From Thalia democratica (lineage: Eukaryota), in contig OZ241832.1 of assembly GCA_965202585.1 (NCBI GenBank), positions 17,422,001-17,486,000 on the forward strand: 64,000 nucleotides of DNA, written 5' to 3'. Below, piece after piece: positions 1 through 11,792 of the stretch. Made by a program: the position numbers and the translations under genes. The notes below the pieces were generated by a model. It made no database searches and was not told where the DNA came from. It saw only the letters and a program-made list of their open reading frames with translations. Position 1 is the first letter of the stretch. Every line of letters begins with the position of its first letter.

Positions 1-324
1 TTGAAAAAAAAAAAAAATGTTTACAGTAGCTTTAAACATGGCATATTAAAAAAAAATAAAATTGTAAAATTTCTATCCGGTCAGCAAAAAAAAAGTTTCA
101 TTTTAGTTACAATAGATTTTATTTTGACCTCACTTATATTTTACAAGATTTAAGCGCATAAAAAGTAAGCTTATCCAACATAAGAAGAGCTTAAAGTATT
201 ATCTGATATTACAACATCCCTAAAAATCGTCTTAACTTACTGCTTCTTCATGTTGGTACAACGACATCTGCGCTATATCGCCCACCAAGTTAATATTTCC
301 CACCCCGACATCATTGAAACCGAC

Positions 325-457
325 CACATGTCACTTTAATGACGTAACACTTAACTTAATACTTTGTATTATGACGTAACGCACGAGACGTATGCGGCGT
401 GTTTTCCCTCCAGTGTATTTGTCGTGAGAAATAATTTGAAGTTTGCCTGCCTCGCAG
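325..457. promoter_or_regulatory. Unit-start conserved module (CACATG, TGACGT(A/C)A CRE-like site, acga(g/a)acgtatgcggc, ending in ttgcag)
   Basis: Five copies: 325-457, 21998-22132, 42390-42541, 62705-62856, 63606-63760. Regulatory role is inferred from the motifs and conservation. Confidence 0.5.
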
Positions 458-2893
458 CACATCAGAGGTTTGTTGTTTAACCAAATAAAATGAACAAGAT
501 TATAGTCTCATATGTTATAAAACATGTTTCATTTTGAACGTTCTCATAAACTAATCATAAAAGTTTGATTTTGTACTCTTCAAAAATGTTAAATAATCAG
601 GTTCCAATAACGAAAACTTGAGCAATCAGGAAGAAAACTGTAGATGTATCTAAACTTTTTATGCCTTCTATGACCACTATGCTTAAACTCTTGAAATTTT
701 TATTAGTTTCTTTAGGGATAATACTGAGAATGTTAGACTGTTTTTAACTTAAATTTAGATAATGTAGTAATAAAATTGTACCTCGCAAAAACAAAATCTT
801 TTTGCTTTCTAATTACCCTTATCTTGTAGTAACTGTACCTTTGTGATGTCATAAAACAATGTTGTCGGTTTTCAGATGAAATAAAAACTTTGTAATCACC
901 GTTTTTTGCGGGGGTACTTGTTAAATGAACTTGTCAATATTTCAAAAACAGTCTTTTGAAACCTTATGAAATCAGTTCTATTTTCATTGAACTGTTTTTT
1001 TTACGAGATGGTTTGTAGCCAACAGTTTGTTTTAGTTCTTTGTAGGATTAATTAAAATAGCTAAGAAAAACCGATGCACTTTTTTACTTCGTTGTTTGAA
1101 GAACTATCAAGCTTAGCTTTTAACCTTGCTAAACACTTAAATTTCTAAAAATATTAAAGATTTGGCACAGGCCCATCGGTATAAAATATTGTTTGTTAGT
1201 TTGTAATAAGGGGTTAAAACAACTTGATATTGCATATATCTAAAAAAAAGCAGTTATTTAGACTAGTCGAGTATGGTTATAGTGTACTTGCCAGGAAGGT
1301 ACAGCAAGGTAAAACTTGTTTTGTTTAGCAGACGAAATAAAGAGAGTTTTTTTGTGTTTAGCAAACGTAAACACAACAATTTATATTTATTCTATGCTTA
1401 ACATGTGCTTATTTTAACAAAATTGGCCTATTAACAATCGATTTGGATTCAACTCACATATCATACAGAATCACAAAAGTCACCTGCAACTCAAGATTAT
1501 TTAAAATGAGATAATTCGGCGCTGACCTTTGAGAGAACTGAAAGAAAGTAGAAATCAGTGATGCGTGAAATATGAAGCGTGTTTGCGATCACCACCTTGT
1601 GGTAAAAGTTGAAGTTTGCAGAAGAAATTTGAACGTTTCAACAAATTAGTGTTGATGTTGCTTTGTTGGTGGCAGTTACAAATTATTTTGTTGGTTTAAA
1701 TTTGCTTAAACAACCTTTTACTTGTAGTTTTGTTTTAAAAGTTGTTATTTTCAATGCTTAAAATTTGTTATAAACTAATTGATATTTTTTGATAACTTTT
1801 TCAAACTAATTAGGTTTCATAAAATAAGACTTCGTTGTTTAGTGGCAGTGCAAAGTATATTGTTGTTTAGTTTTTATTTTTTAGAATACCTTTTCTTTTT
1901 AATTTTTATGTAGAATAACATTATACAAGTTGTTTTATTTTTACTTTAAAGTTCATTAAGTTTGTTTTTATAGTTTAAAATGCTTAAAATACGTAATCTA
2001 AATGTTTTTAAATGTGTAATCAAGTTTAGATTCTTAAGATTTAAAGTTAAACTCATAAAGACAAATGTTAACTTTTTATAGCGCAGTTATTGATTTTTAT
2101 GTTAAGTAGTAATAACAATACTATCGTAAAAATGGAATACAAACAATCTTAACTTACTATGTATTCTCAGTAGACATTTATTTGAACTTGATTAATGTGT
2201 TAATTTTATCTAAATACTGTCATGTTGACAGATACAAAATGATCATATAAAAGTTCCAAAAAACCATCTTACTAGTTCTTATAAAACAATCAAATAACTT
2301 TTTCAGTCTATGCTTCTAGTAGTTTTTTATCAAGTTGTTTTTGTTTGTACCTTATTTAGTGGATAATTAACGAGTTTTATCAACATTATATCTTGTTGAA
2401 GCCTGACAAAGTTAATTGTAAGCTAAATATTTGCTTTTACTTCGGTTAATAGTTTGTTTGTATTAATTTATAGTTGCAAAAAGCATATGTCGTGTTACTT
2501 AAACACTTAGCACAACTTTTTTAAATATCTTTCAACGTGGCCTTCAATTTTTTTGCAAAGTCAAAACTAATATGAAAAACTTTATTAAACTTCAGATAAG
2601 TTTTGACAGAAAACAGAAACTATTTGTTATACCGGACGCTGGTTTAAAATATATCAGAAATATGGATTAAACTGTCCAATTTATACTTTTTATCTAAATT
2701 AAACATCAGCCTAGCTGATCAGTATTATCAAGCACACAACAAGCTAATTGACATTCACTAATTATTAAAAGTTTTATACAACTTTCTTTTTTGTATTTTA
2801 TTACATTTCAATGTGTTTTCATGATATAAGTTTTCACAGTAAAGTCGAAAATAGCCGGGTTTGTAAAGAATTTGCATTGTGAGGCATATAAAA

Positions 2894-3018
2894 GTATGTG
2901 GTAATTTAATATTCTTTATAAATTCGGCGGAAACTTGCTCTACTCAAAGAGCTGGGCATTACTGGCTGAACCTAGCTGAAATCATTGTGACCATTCAATT
3001 CAACTTGAGCATTTAGAT
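2894..3018. promoter_or_regulatory. Conserved non-coding element B (units 1 and 2 only)
   Basis: 123/125 identical to 25546-25670 by eye; missing from unit 3 near 46075. Confidence 0.55.
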
Positions 3019-3418
3019 TTCAATTCTTTCCAAATTGCATGTTTTTATTTTTAGTGAGTTTATCACGTTGCAAAGCTCCTATGTAAATACAACTTCGCCT
3101 TGCTTCACTGATAATGTTTTGAAAAATATTAAAATCGAAACTGCTTCGTCAAAGAGTTTTATTTTACTATGTAAGCGTCATTTTAAAGCTATGTTAAGTT
3201 AGTATAATACTTTTATGGTTATAAAACAATTTTTTTATATTATTGTAACTAAACCAAAAAAATATTCGACTTCAAAGTAATCAAAAATAACTTTGATAGG
3301 CTTTTAAGCTTATTAACAAAAATATAACATAGTATTCGACTTACACTAATATAACATAAACAGATTTGTTAAACTACTAGATTACCAACAACTTAATACC
3401 AATGTTAACTACTTGTTC

Positions 3419-3573
3419 AAGTCAAAATACAAAAATCTACTTTAAAGAGGCGACTTAAGAAGTTGCAGTGTTTAGTGTAAACTCGGCAGGAGAGAAAAAT
3501 CCAGTTTACAAAACAATAACGCGGAAAATTATTCAAGCGTGAAACGAGCCCCCATATCAGGTTACCTGTTTTT
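3419..3573. promoter_or_regulatory. Conserved non-coding element C (units 1 and 3 only)
   Basis: 153/155 identical to 46557-46711 by eye. Only the left edge survives in unit 2 (~26082). Contains inverted TGTAAAC/GTTTACA forkhead-like sites. Confidence 0.55.
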
Positions 3574-6213
3574 TGTTTGAAAAAAACCACTTCAAAAAAA
3601 TTTCTTAAATTTTTTTTTGTTTCATGATCTTAAATTTTACTTAACTCTGTATATCTTTCTTAAACTTTTACAATGATTAAAAAATTAGTGTGATTATGCC
3701 TACAATAAATTCGAATTAAACGCTAAATTTTTAAGTGGCAAATTTATAGTTTCTTTATAACATGAAAGTTACTGCTGTGAAAAAGCACTTAAAAAACTCT
3801 CGAAAGAGGCTTTATTATTCTTTGTTGTCCAATGTGGCTTGTAAGAAACATGAAGTTTGATAATGAAAAATCCAATAACTTTTTTTACAGCCTGTAAAGA
3901 GTTTTTAATTTTCATTTCATATTTTGATTAATTTTGTTTGTGTTAGAATGTTTTCTTACTTAGACATAGTTTTTTAAGAATACTTTTTAAATGTAATATA
4001 ACGTATCTTATGCTTGCATCTAATAATTCTACTAAAAAGATACAACGCAGATTTAGTATTTTAAAAAAGCGTTGGTGCCTAAAAGAAAAACAATTATCTT
4101 GTCATGCGACATAACTTATTAGTAATAACGATTAAAACCGTAAATCTCCAAGTTGAAAGTTTTTTTTTTTGAAAACAAGCAACAGCGCGCCATTAAAGTC
4201 AGTTTGAATTTAAACAAAAGTTAATTTTCCAAACTTTCAAGCTTCATAATGCGATTATGACGTATAAGAACGAGCAATTGCTACAACGTCTGAAATAAAA
4301 ACGAATTTTATTCCGAACAATTGGTTTACTAGTTTAGTTGGTTTTTTGAAAAATATGTAATAATTAGTTTTCGGCTCGAGTTATATGTCGTTTATATTTG
4401 AAATATATTGAAACTAATATATATTTATGTTTGTATTTAGTTCGGCGCATTGTACAACAATCTATTAAACTGACTTAACTGTCGCTATTAATAGCTATTG
4501 CTTGATTTATTGACCACTGCAACATTTTATTAAACTGTTTAATTGAGGTTAAAACAGCTTATTTGCTTATCTTTTCTTTAGGAAATTTGTTTTGAATTGT
4601 AATATCTATAACAAAAATTAGTAAAATTAGGTTTAAAAGTAATGGCATTATAATATGCTACTTGGCCAAATAAACTATTATGATATTGACGTTGTATAAG
4701 TAGCTTTTCACTGAATGTTTATTTCTCTTATTTGCCTTGCAAATAAAGAAACCGCAGGTCTAAATGTCATTACTTGGCCAAAAAGAAGATTAATTATTAC
4801 ATAAAAATTGTCTTTGGCTTCAGAGTTGTTATTGAAACAAACTTTTTCTCAAGCAACGACTCATTATACAACTTCATTATTTTCAAAGTTTGTCTTTTTC
4901 GTTTTTAAAAATAATCCAAAGCACTAAGCATTAAAAAAACTTTATGTTTATTTATGTTTATAACGTAAAATTATAATAATTGAATGAAATAGAGCAGGTG
5001 TTACGATAAATTAAATTTTCATGCATGTAAACAATAAACAAATACGAAAAAAGGTTTTAGTTTTATTATAAGTTTATTTTGTGACATTATAAAGGTTAAT
5101 CCAAACTCTTCACATTTGTACTTAACATCTGAAGTAAGCAATTGTTAACCTTAGTAATTAGATTAGTGACTAATTAGTGCTGAATGTCTTATTTTATTGA
5201 TCTAAAACTGAACTACAAAGTTTACAGAGAAAATTTTTGAAGTAGATTTAAACTTTTTGTTTATGATAATTAGGTAGTTGGTATAAGCCTAATTTTTTTT
5301 TGTTTTTAAACTAGTTTGAAATAATGAGCTAAAAACGTTTTTTTGTGTTTGATGTATTTTTTAATCGAAGCTTAGACAAAATGCAAATACTATTTGTCCA
5401 ATTATCAACATTTAGAAATTATCTAAAATAAAGTATAAACATTTTTTAAGCTCAAGCATAATATTTTTATATATTCTCACCAATTTAACAATTGAAAAAA
5501 CCACAAAACAGTTTACAAATTGCCACACACACTGCAATGAGATACCAGGAGACAAACAGTGACTGATGATTGAATTCTTACGTGTTTCGAACCAACTTAA
5601 ATCCACAAAAAGGGGTTCACCTTTCCTTCTTAAAACCCTTCAATCGCCTAGATACGCTTCAATTGAATCGAAAAAACTTTCAAAACTCACCAGACTCGAC
5701 AGATAGCTCTTCTTAAAAAGCTAGCATCAAAAAAAAGAAAAAACTGATTAAGTTGGTACTAACATTTAATGGCTCTTTGTTTTGCTTAGAATCTTGTTTA
5801 CCTGAGTTTTAAGTTTGTGTAAATCTCAGGCACGTTTATCTACCTACTCGTGAAGTTTTTTAGTAAAACATTACATGTATAAAAAGGAAAATCAATACAA
5901 ACAATATTTTATTACACAACTAGTACGTACGTGACATTGAAAACAAGAAGTTCAAAATGTTTCGAGTTTAAAACGTTTTGCTTGATCGCTTACAGAAATT
6001 TCAGGATCGTTTTACATCTGACCGGCTTAAATTTTTGCAGTGAGTAATGTAGATACTTATACACGTGCCAATAAAAAATAACGCGGTCATGTTACAGCAT
6101 GTAACCATAACACTACAACTTAACACTTTATTGAAACATAATTGAGAGAATGCGTGTCTCTTCAAACACAAACAAAAGGTACATTCAAAATAATTAAACT
6201 TTTAACCTTTTTT

Positions 6214-6310
6214 ATTCCGATTACCACGCTACTCAGATCAACCAATTAACCTATATGCTCAGCTGTGTGTCTTTGATATCTCGCCCCAATATTTCCATAG
6301 CAACAACAAG
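6214..6310 (+). other. Putative first (5' UTR/uORF) exon of FLRT-like gene A
   Basis: 97-bp indel-free block in all three units ending in the consensus donor CAAG|GTAACT (GT at 6311). An E-box CACGTG lies ~150 bp upstream. Start is approximate. Confidence 0.5.
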
Positions 6311-7589
6311 GTAACTATGCAACTTCGACAGCTATGCACACTTTCAAATCAGCCATTTTGGTGTTAATTTTGCCGATAAACATGTTAGCATGTACACAAC
6401 TTCTACGAAGAATTTTTCTTGTTGAGGCTAATTAGCTCGTCTCGTTCGAAATTGGCGTGTTTAGTTAAGTTTTTGTGCCAAAATCAACAGTAGATAACGA
6501 CTCATTATAGAGCTTCAGTGTTTCAGTGTAATGAGCAGTCGAGGTGGTCTTTGGTAGCTAAAACAATAGTTTTTTAATCTCAATGAAATCTTAGAATGTT
6601 CATTTTGATGGAATCTTTTATAAGTGTTGTTGAAAGATGATTTTTAGCAGGAGTTTGTGTTTGTTTGTAATTGTTAGAAAAAAGTTGTTGTCATAAAAGT
6701 ATCTCGGTTTTACGACTTTTTTTATTGCCATCGGAAAGAATCGAATATAGTGAGTAGTTTAATAAAAGTTTAGTGTAACTAACTCGTCTTTAACTTTAAT
6801 TATATAAAAAATACTCTTTTCTTTAAATTGTGAGTCAGTTTAAAACAAGATTTTACAATGCAATTAAACTTAAAAAAAAATTATCAAAGTAAGAAATTAA
6901 TTGAAGCGTTCAAAAACTTTGACTCTTTTAAATTAAATCTACCGTGAACTGATTTGAAGCGCCGAAATAAGACGATTCGCCCAATTAGGGTAAAAAATTA
7001 TTCTTTACCAAGGATTGAATTTCTTTGAAGCTAGGCAACTGTAGCCAAAAATCTTTGAAAGATCTAATAAGCTGACTATTTATTTGTAACTGAATACTAA
7101 GAAGGTTTTTTTTATTCTGCAGATCGGTGTTTGTTTTAATGATTAAATTATGTTTTAACCGTTATCAACAATAGTCTGACAGTTGCAAGTTTTGATGAGT
7201 ATGTTTTGTTAAAGTTTCAGAATTTGTTTTTGCATAAAGTTTTAACAAAGGAAAAAGGTATTTATACATGTTGTAACACAGATAAAGGTTGTTTACAGAT
7301 ACTTTTGTTTTTAATGTTAAAAAGTTAACTGATTAAAAGTTTTATAAATATAAACCAAGTTAAAAAACAAAATTGCTTTAAAAAGCATTAATTATTACAA
7401 CAAACTATTAGCATCATAAATTTAGGTTCAGTAAGTTTAAAATTTGTAATTTTGCAAACTATTTAATGACCTTTTGTCGTAGAAATAAGTAAAAGTATTA
7501 TTTGACTTAAATTGAAACATGATAAAGGGTTTTACAAAACTTTCAAAATGTCACTGTTGTTTTGTTGTTTTTGTATTGCAGTTAAGGAA

Positions 7590-7710
7590 ATTTGTTAAAT
7601 CTCTTTATGAGAGAGTAACTATGTTTTGATACAAATAACAAGCGCATGTGTTGCAACAAACATTAAAACTTTGTTTTACATCTAACTTACATCAGAATTA
7701 CACGGTCAAT
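7590..7710. promoter_or_regulatory. Intron-1 conserved non-coding element
   Basis: tatgagagagtaa...gttttgatacaaataacaag...tgttgcaacaaacattaaaactttgtttta is conserved at ~30280 and ~49888. Confidence 0.45.
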
Positions 7711-10700
7711 TAAAAACTAATATCGATCAAAAATACACATTTAAATTACTTGTTATGAAATTAGCTCCTATCTTTGTGTTTTATTTAAACCACAATAACT
7801 ACATCTATATTAAAAAGTATAACAAAGTTTAAAAAACTTAAGTAAAACAATGATTAATTCTGAAAATCTTAAAAAGGATACTAAAAAAACTATACATAAA
7901 AAGCAATACAGTACATATATAAATTATTAAAATGTTACTCATCTAAAATTAAAAAGGATTTAGCAATTTAAAACTAAGATAAAGTATTTAATTAAACATG
8001 ACATAAATTAAACTAACAAATCAACTTTTTTACATAAGTTTTAACATTAATCGCAAATACTAGTCAATTTCTGACTTAACTGTTTCAAATATGTTATTTT
8101 AAGTATCAGTGTACAAGTTGTTGTTATTTCAAGCATCATTACAACTATAAAGTACACTGTTTTTATTTACGTCATATCGAAACCTGTTTTATTAAAGCTA
8201 TTTGTATTACTTTAACTTAAGTGACAAGCTAGACTTCAATAAAAACCTTTAAAAGTTTAAAAAAAACAACAAATAGCATTATTTCAATAAAAGTAGTTAT
8301 AAGTTATAATAAATATACAAAATAATTTTCAAGATTGAAGTGAATTTAAAAGATAAATTACTTACAAACTCCGTTTGTTTTCGTCAAAATAAATTAGATA
8401 TTAAATTGCCCTTCGATTTTCAAGACCCCTTTTAAAAATGCGGCCAAATAAAACCCCATCTGTCAACATTTGAACATTTCAGTGGTGATCACGTACTGTA
8501 AATAAGAAGCCATCATGTGTATAGAAGTTCATTCGTGCAGTGGTTGATGTAAACTTTGTATTCAGAAAAATAATAAATATCGAGCAGGTGTTTGTGTGTG
8601 AGAAAAATAATTGTATTTTTTGTATTAAGTTGTTGGTAGTCAGCTATGTCTCTCTGTTGGTTAATCTATTTTGTTGCTTAGATTATAATCAGAAATATCG
8701 AATCATGCTAGATCTATATGATAACAATATTATATTTATGTTATGTATTATTTTATATTATGTAAAACAAAAGAAATTTATTATTGCGTTTAACTACAGC
8801 TTTAGAAATAAGCATACTAAAACTAATAATTTGGTTTATTTCAATATAAGTACTTGTTATCAACAAAAATAAAGTGTTTTTTGATTAAGTTGTAAGGATT
8901 ATCTTATTTTGAATGTGTTCGTCTAAAGATTTTACATACTGATTGATACTTGTTTTGAAAGTTGCATTTTAATGTAAAATGATATTTATTGCTTTTTAAT
9001 TGATTTCCTGTAAGTTTGCTTAAAACTGTTATAAATCTTATTAAAATACAGTTTCGCTAAGACCAAAGAATTAATCAACTTTAAACCTTTTGACAGCTTA
9101 CATTTAAGATATTTCATTTTTTGTGCTTGACCTTAGACAAGCTTTAGACACTAAAAACTTAAAAAAAAAATGTTTTTTGTTTATCTTGTTTACAAAGCGT
9201 TTTAGCGCTTTCCGACAATTAGCTTGCTACTATTCACAAACGCTCAATTCTTTTATAGCCTATACTCGCCTTTTTATTATTCAGTCAAGTCACCTCAAGG
9301 CTTTTAAGCTTCACTGTGAAACGAGCTAGTCTAAAAGAATTTTCAGCAAGTAAAAATTGATTAATCTTAATTTTGACGGCAGGGCAGATCGGAAAAAACA
9401 AACAAAAACTCATGCTCATATTTATTTTTGTAGTTGGATTTACGACCTTTTGATACTTTTAATCTTGTGAAAATAAAGATTCTTTTGTTGCTGTTTTTCT
9501 TCTACGTGTTAACATCAGAATATTTTTGATAAAGTAAACAACCGACTAACTGTCTTTTGTAGTTTTTCAAATCATTGAAGTGTTTCAATAAAAATCTAAG
9601 TTATTTTAGATCCCAATGTCAACATTACACGTTAAGGAAAATTATTCAATTTAAAATAATATGTCTAGTAGATTATAGTTTAAAAATTATTATAAATCAA
9701 ACGTAGCGACAATATTTACTCATCTTTGTCTAACATAAATGGCCTTTATTGCAAGGTCTGACTTTTTGTGGCAACTACGTGACAACAATCAAATTAGGGT
9801 TTAGTATTTAAATAAAAATCATAAATAATTTAAAACTTATTTTTTTAATAAATTCAAGTTTTATTTGGTTATGTGCTTTTAAGTGAAAAAACTTAACTTG
9901 TTTATTTCCCAAGGTATAATCTGTTTTAGTCATGGAAAAGTTACTACAATTGCTTAAACTTATTTTTGGATTTTAGTTTTTAGTTATAAACTAAACCTTA
10001 TTTTAAGTCACATTAAGCTTTTTAATATTTTTAAGTTTTTAATTAAAATTAAGCTTTTGGAAAAACACACTAACTGTGTTTTTTTAAATTAAAAAAAAAA
10101 CTAAAAATGGTATGTTGAAGTTCAATTATTCAAACAACTAAGCATGAGTTAGATAAACTTTTTCTTACTTTTAAGTTTTTATGTAATTTTGTTTTTGTTA
10201 TTTAAAAAAAATTTTTAGTCGTGTTTAAACAGTGCGATAAGAAAATTGGCAAAAATATAGTAGCCAGAGAACTTGACCTCTGTGTGTTTTATGAGCTTAA
10301 TAAAAAATCAGCTTACTTTCTCACAAACTTGAAACTATCGAAAGTTAGTTTGTTATTTGTAAATTAGTTTACTCTCATTTAACTAACAAAGTCAAGTTTA
10401 ATGTTGCTTTCTTTCACTAACAACTTGATAACTAACAACTTTCACAATATCAATGTCAACCCAGTTCTGTCTTATTAAATCTACCCTTATCTTTTCACTT
10501 ACGCGCAAATTAATTTGCGTTTACATAAAAACGTTGCATGTAGCAGGTGCGTACTAATTTAGAATTTAATTTTAACACTGGCGGTTTTTTTACGAAAAAA
10601 ATTGCAACTTTGCATTTGAAATCCGAGCATTAGTTATTAGCACTTTTTATAAAGAGCTGACAGAGTAATTCGTGTTCTCACGTTATAAATTAAATTAACG

Positions 10701-11365
10701 CTGATTTAAAAGAAGTTTCTTTTTTAAAATCATTACATTTTTCAATAGCTGAAAGGCTCATGGGGTGTAAGACTTTCAACTATTTTTTCCTTTGAAGTTT
10801 TGCAAAAGTTCAGTTACGCGCCAAATTTAATGTAAACTTTCCTCGCGAAACAATTAAACCGAGGATTCGTAAATTCTTCAGATCGTTCTTGAAATTAAAA
10901 AAGGCTGTGCTCTGATAAGAAGAATGAAATAAATTATTTTGTATTATACGGTTTGAGGAAACTTTAGTTTTTTGTATTGATTTGCATGCTAGAAATAATA
11001 AGCTATGCTGAAAATATTATATTCTTTCTAATTTTATATAACATCTGTACTTTGAAGATAAAATAAATAAACTATTTTAAACTTCATTCGTCTGTAGAAA
11101 ATGTAAGCAAAACTGGTTAGCTGTTTTTAGATTATATACATCGTTTACTTAATTACTTATTAATAAAGAAAATTGATAAAATCAGTGCTTATCCTTTTAC
11201 GTTTAATAGCACATTTATGAAAGTTTTTTATATACAAACGTGACACAGTGTTAATTGGTTACAAGAGATGTGCGCAAATTTCTGTAAAAACTAAAACAAA
11301 TTTTGCATCAATGTTTAATTAGGCTTTGTTATCACAACTGTTTATCTCCCTTTATCGCCCGTAAG

Positions 11366-11411
11366 CACCTTGATTGTCATGACAACAGTTCACCTTGGTT
11401 GTCATGATAAA
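11366..11411. promoter_or_regulatory. Tandem pair of RFX X-box-like palindromes (25-bp direct repeat)
   Basis: caccttgattgtcatgacaacagtt followed by caccttggttgtcatgataa; the same pair occurs at 33553-33602 and 52952-52997. Confidence 0.5.
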
Positions 11412-11792
11412 AAAAACTGAAATGCACATCAAGCTTCCTACATGCATTGTTTGTATAGCTATCACCTGTTATCTATCGTTTGTTTGATTTAAAAAAATCA
11501 GGGTTGTCATTACCTCTTGTTATCAATGAGCACTTTGAGCTATTTTATCGGTTAAGCATTAATTGAAGTTATCTGTGATAATGTTTTTGTAAAAGAAACT
11601 AGATTATTATGAATTACTAATAAATACTTAACTGAAACAAAGCTTCTACGTCATAACATAAAAATAAAATAACTACTTATTAAAAACATTATAACTTAAT
11701 TAACTTTGTCACAAAAACACACAAAAATCTTTTTCAGAAAAAATATATACTTTTAAAACTTTTAATGATATTGGATCAAGAGTGAATGTATA

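Noticed and set aside
1530-1640. Minus-strand frame SANFNFYHKVVIANTLHISRITDFYFLS in a conserved block
   Set aside because: Substitutions across the three copies are mostly nonsynonymous, there is a frameshift in unit 2, and no splice sites are shared; treated as non-coding.
10504-10519. 16-bp palindrome cgcaaattaatttgcg
   Set aside because: Present only in unit 1 and AT-core palindromes are frequent by chance.
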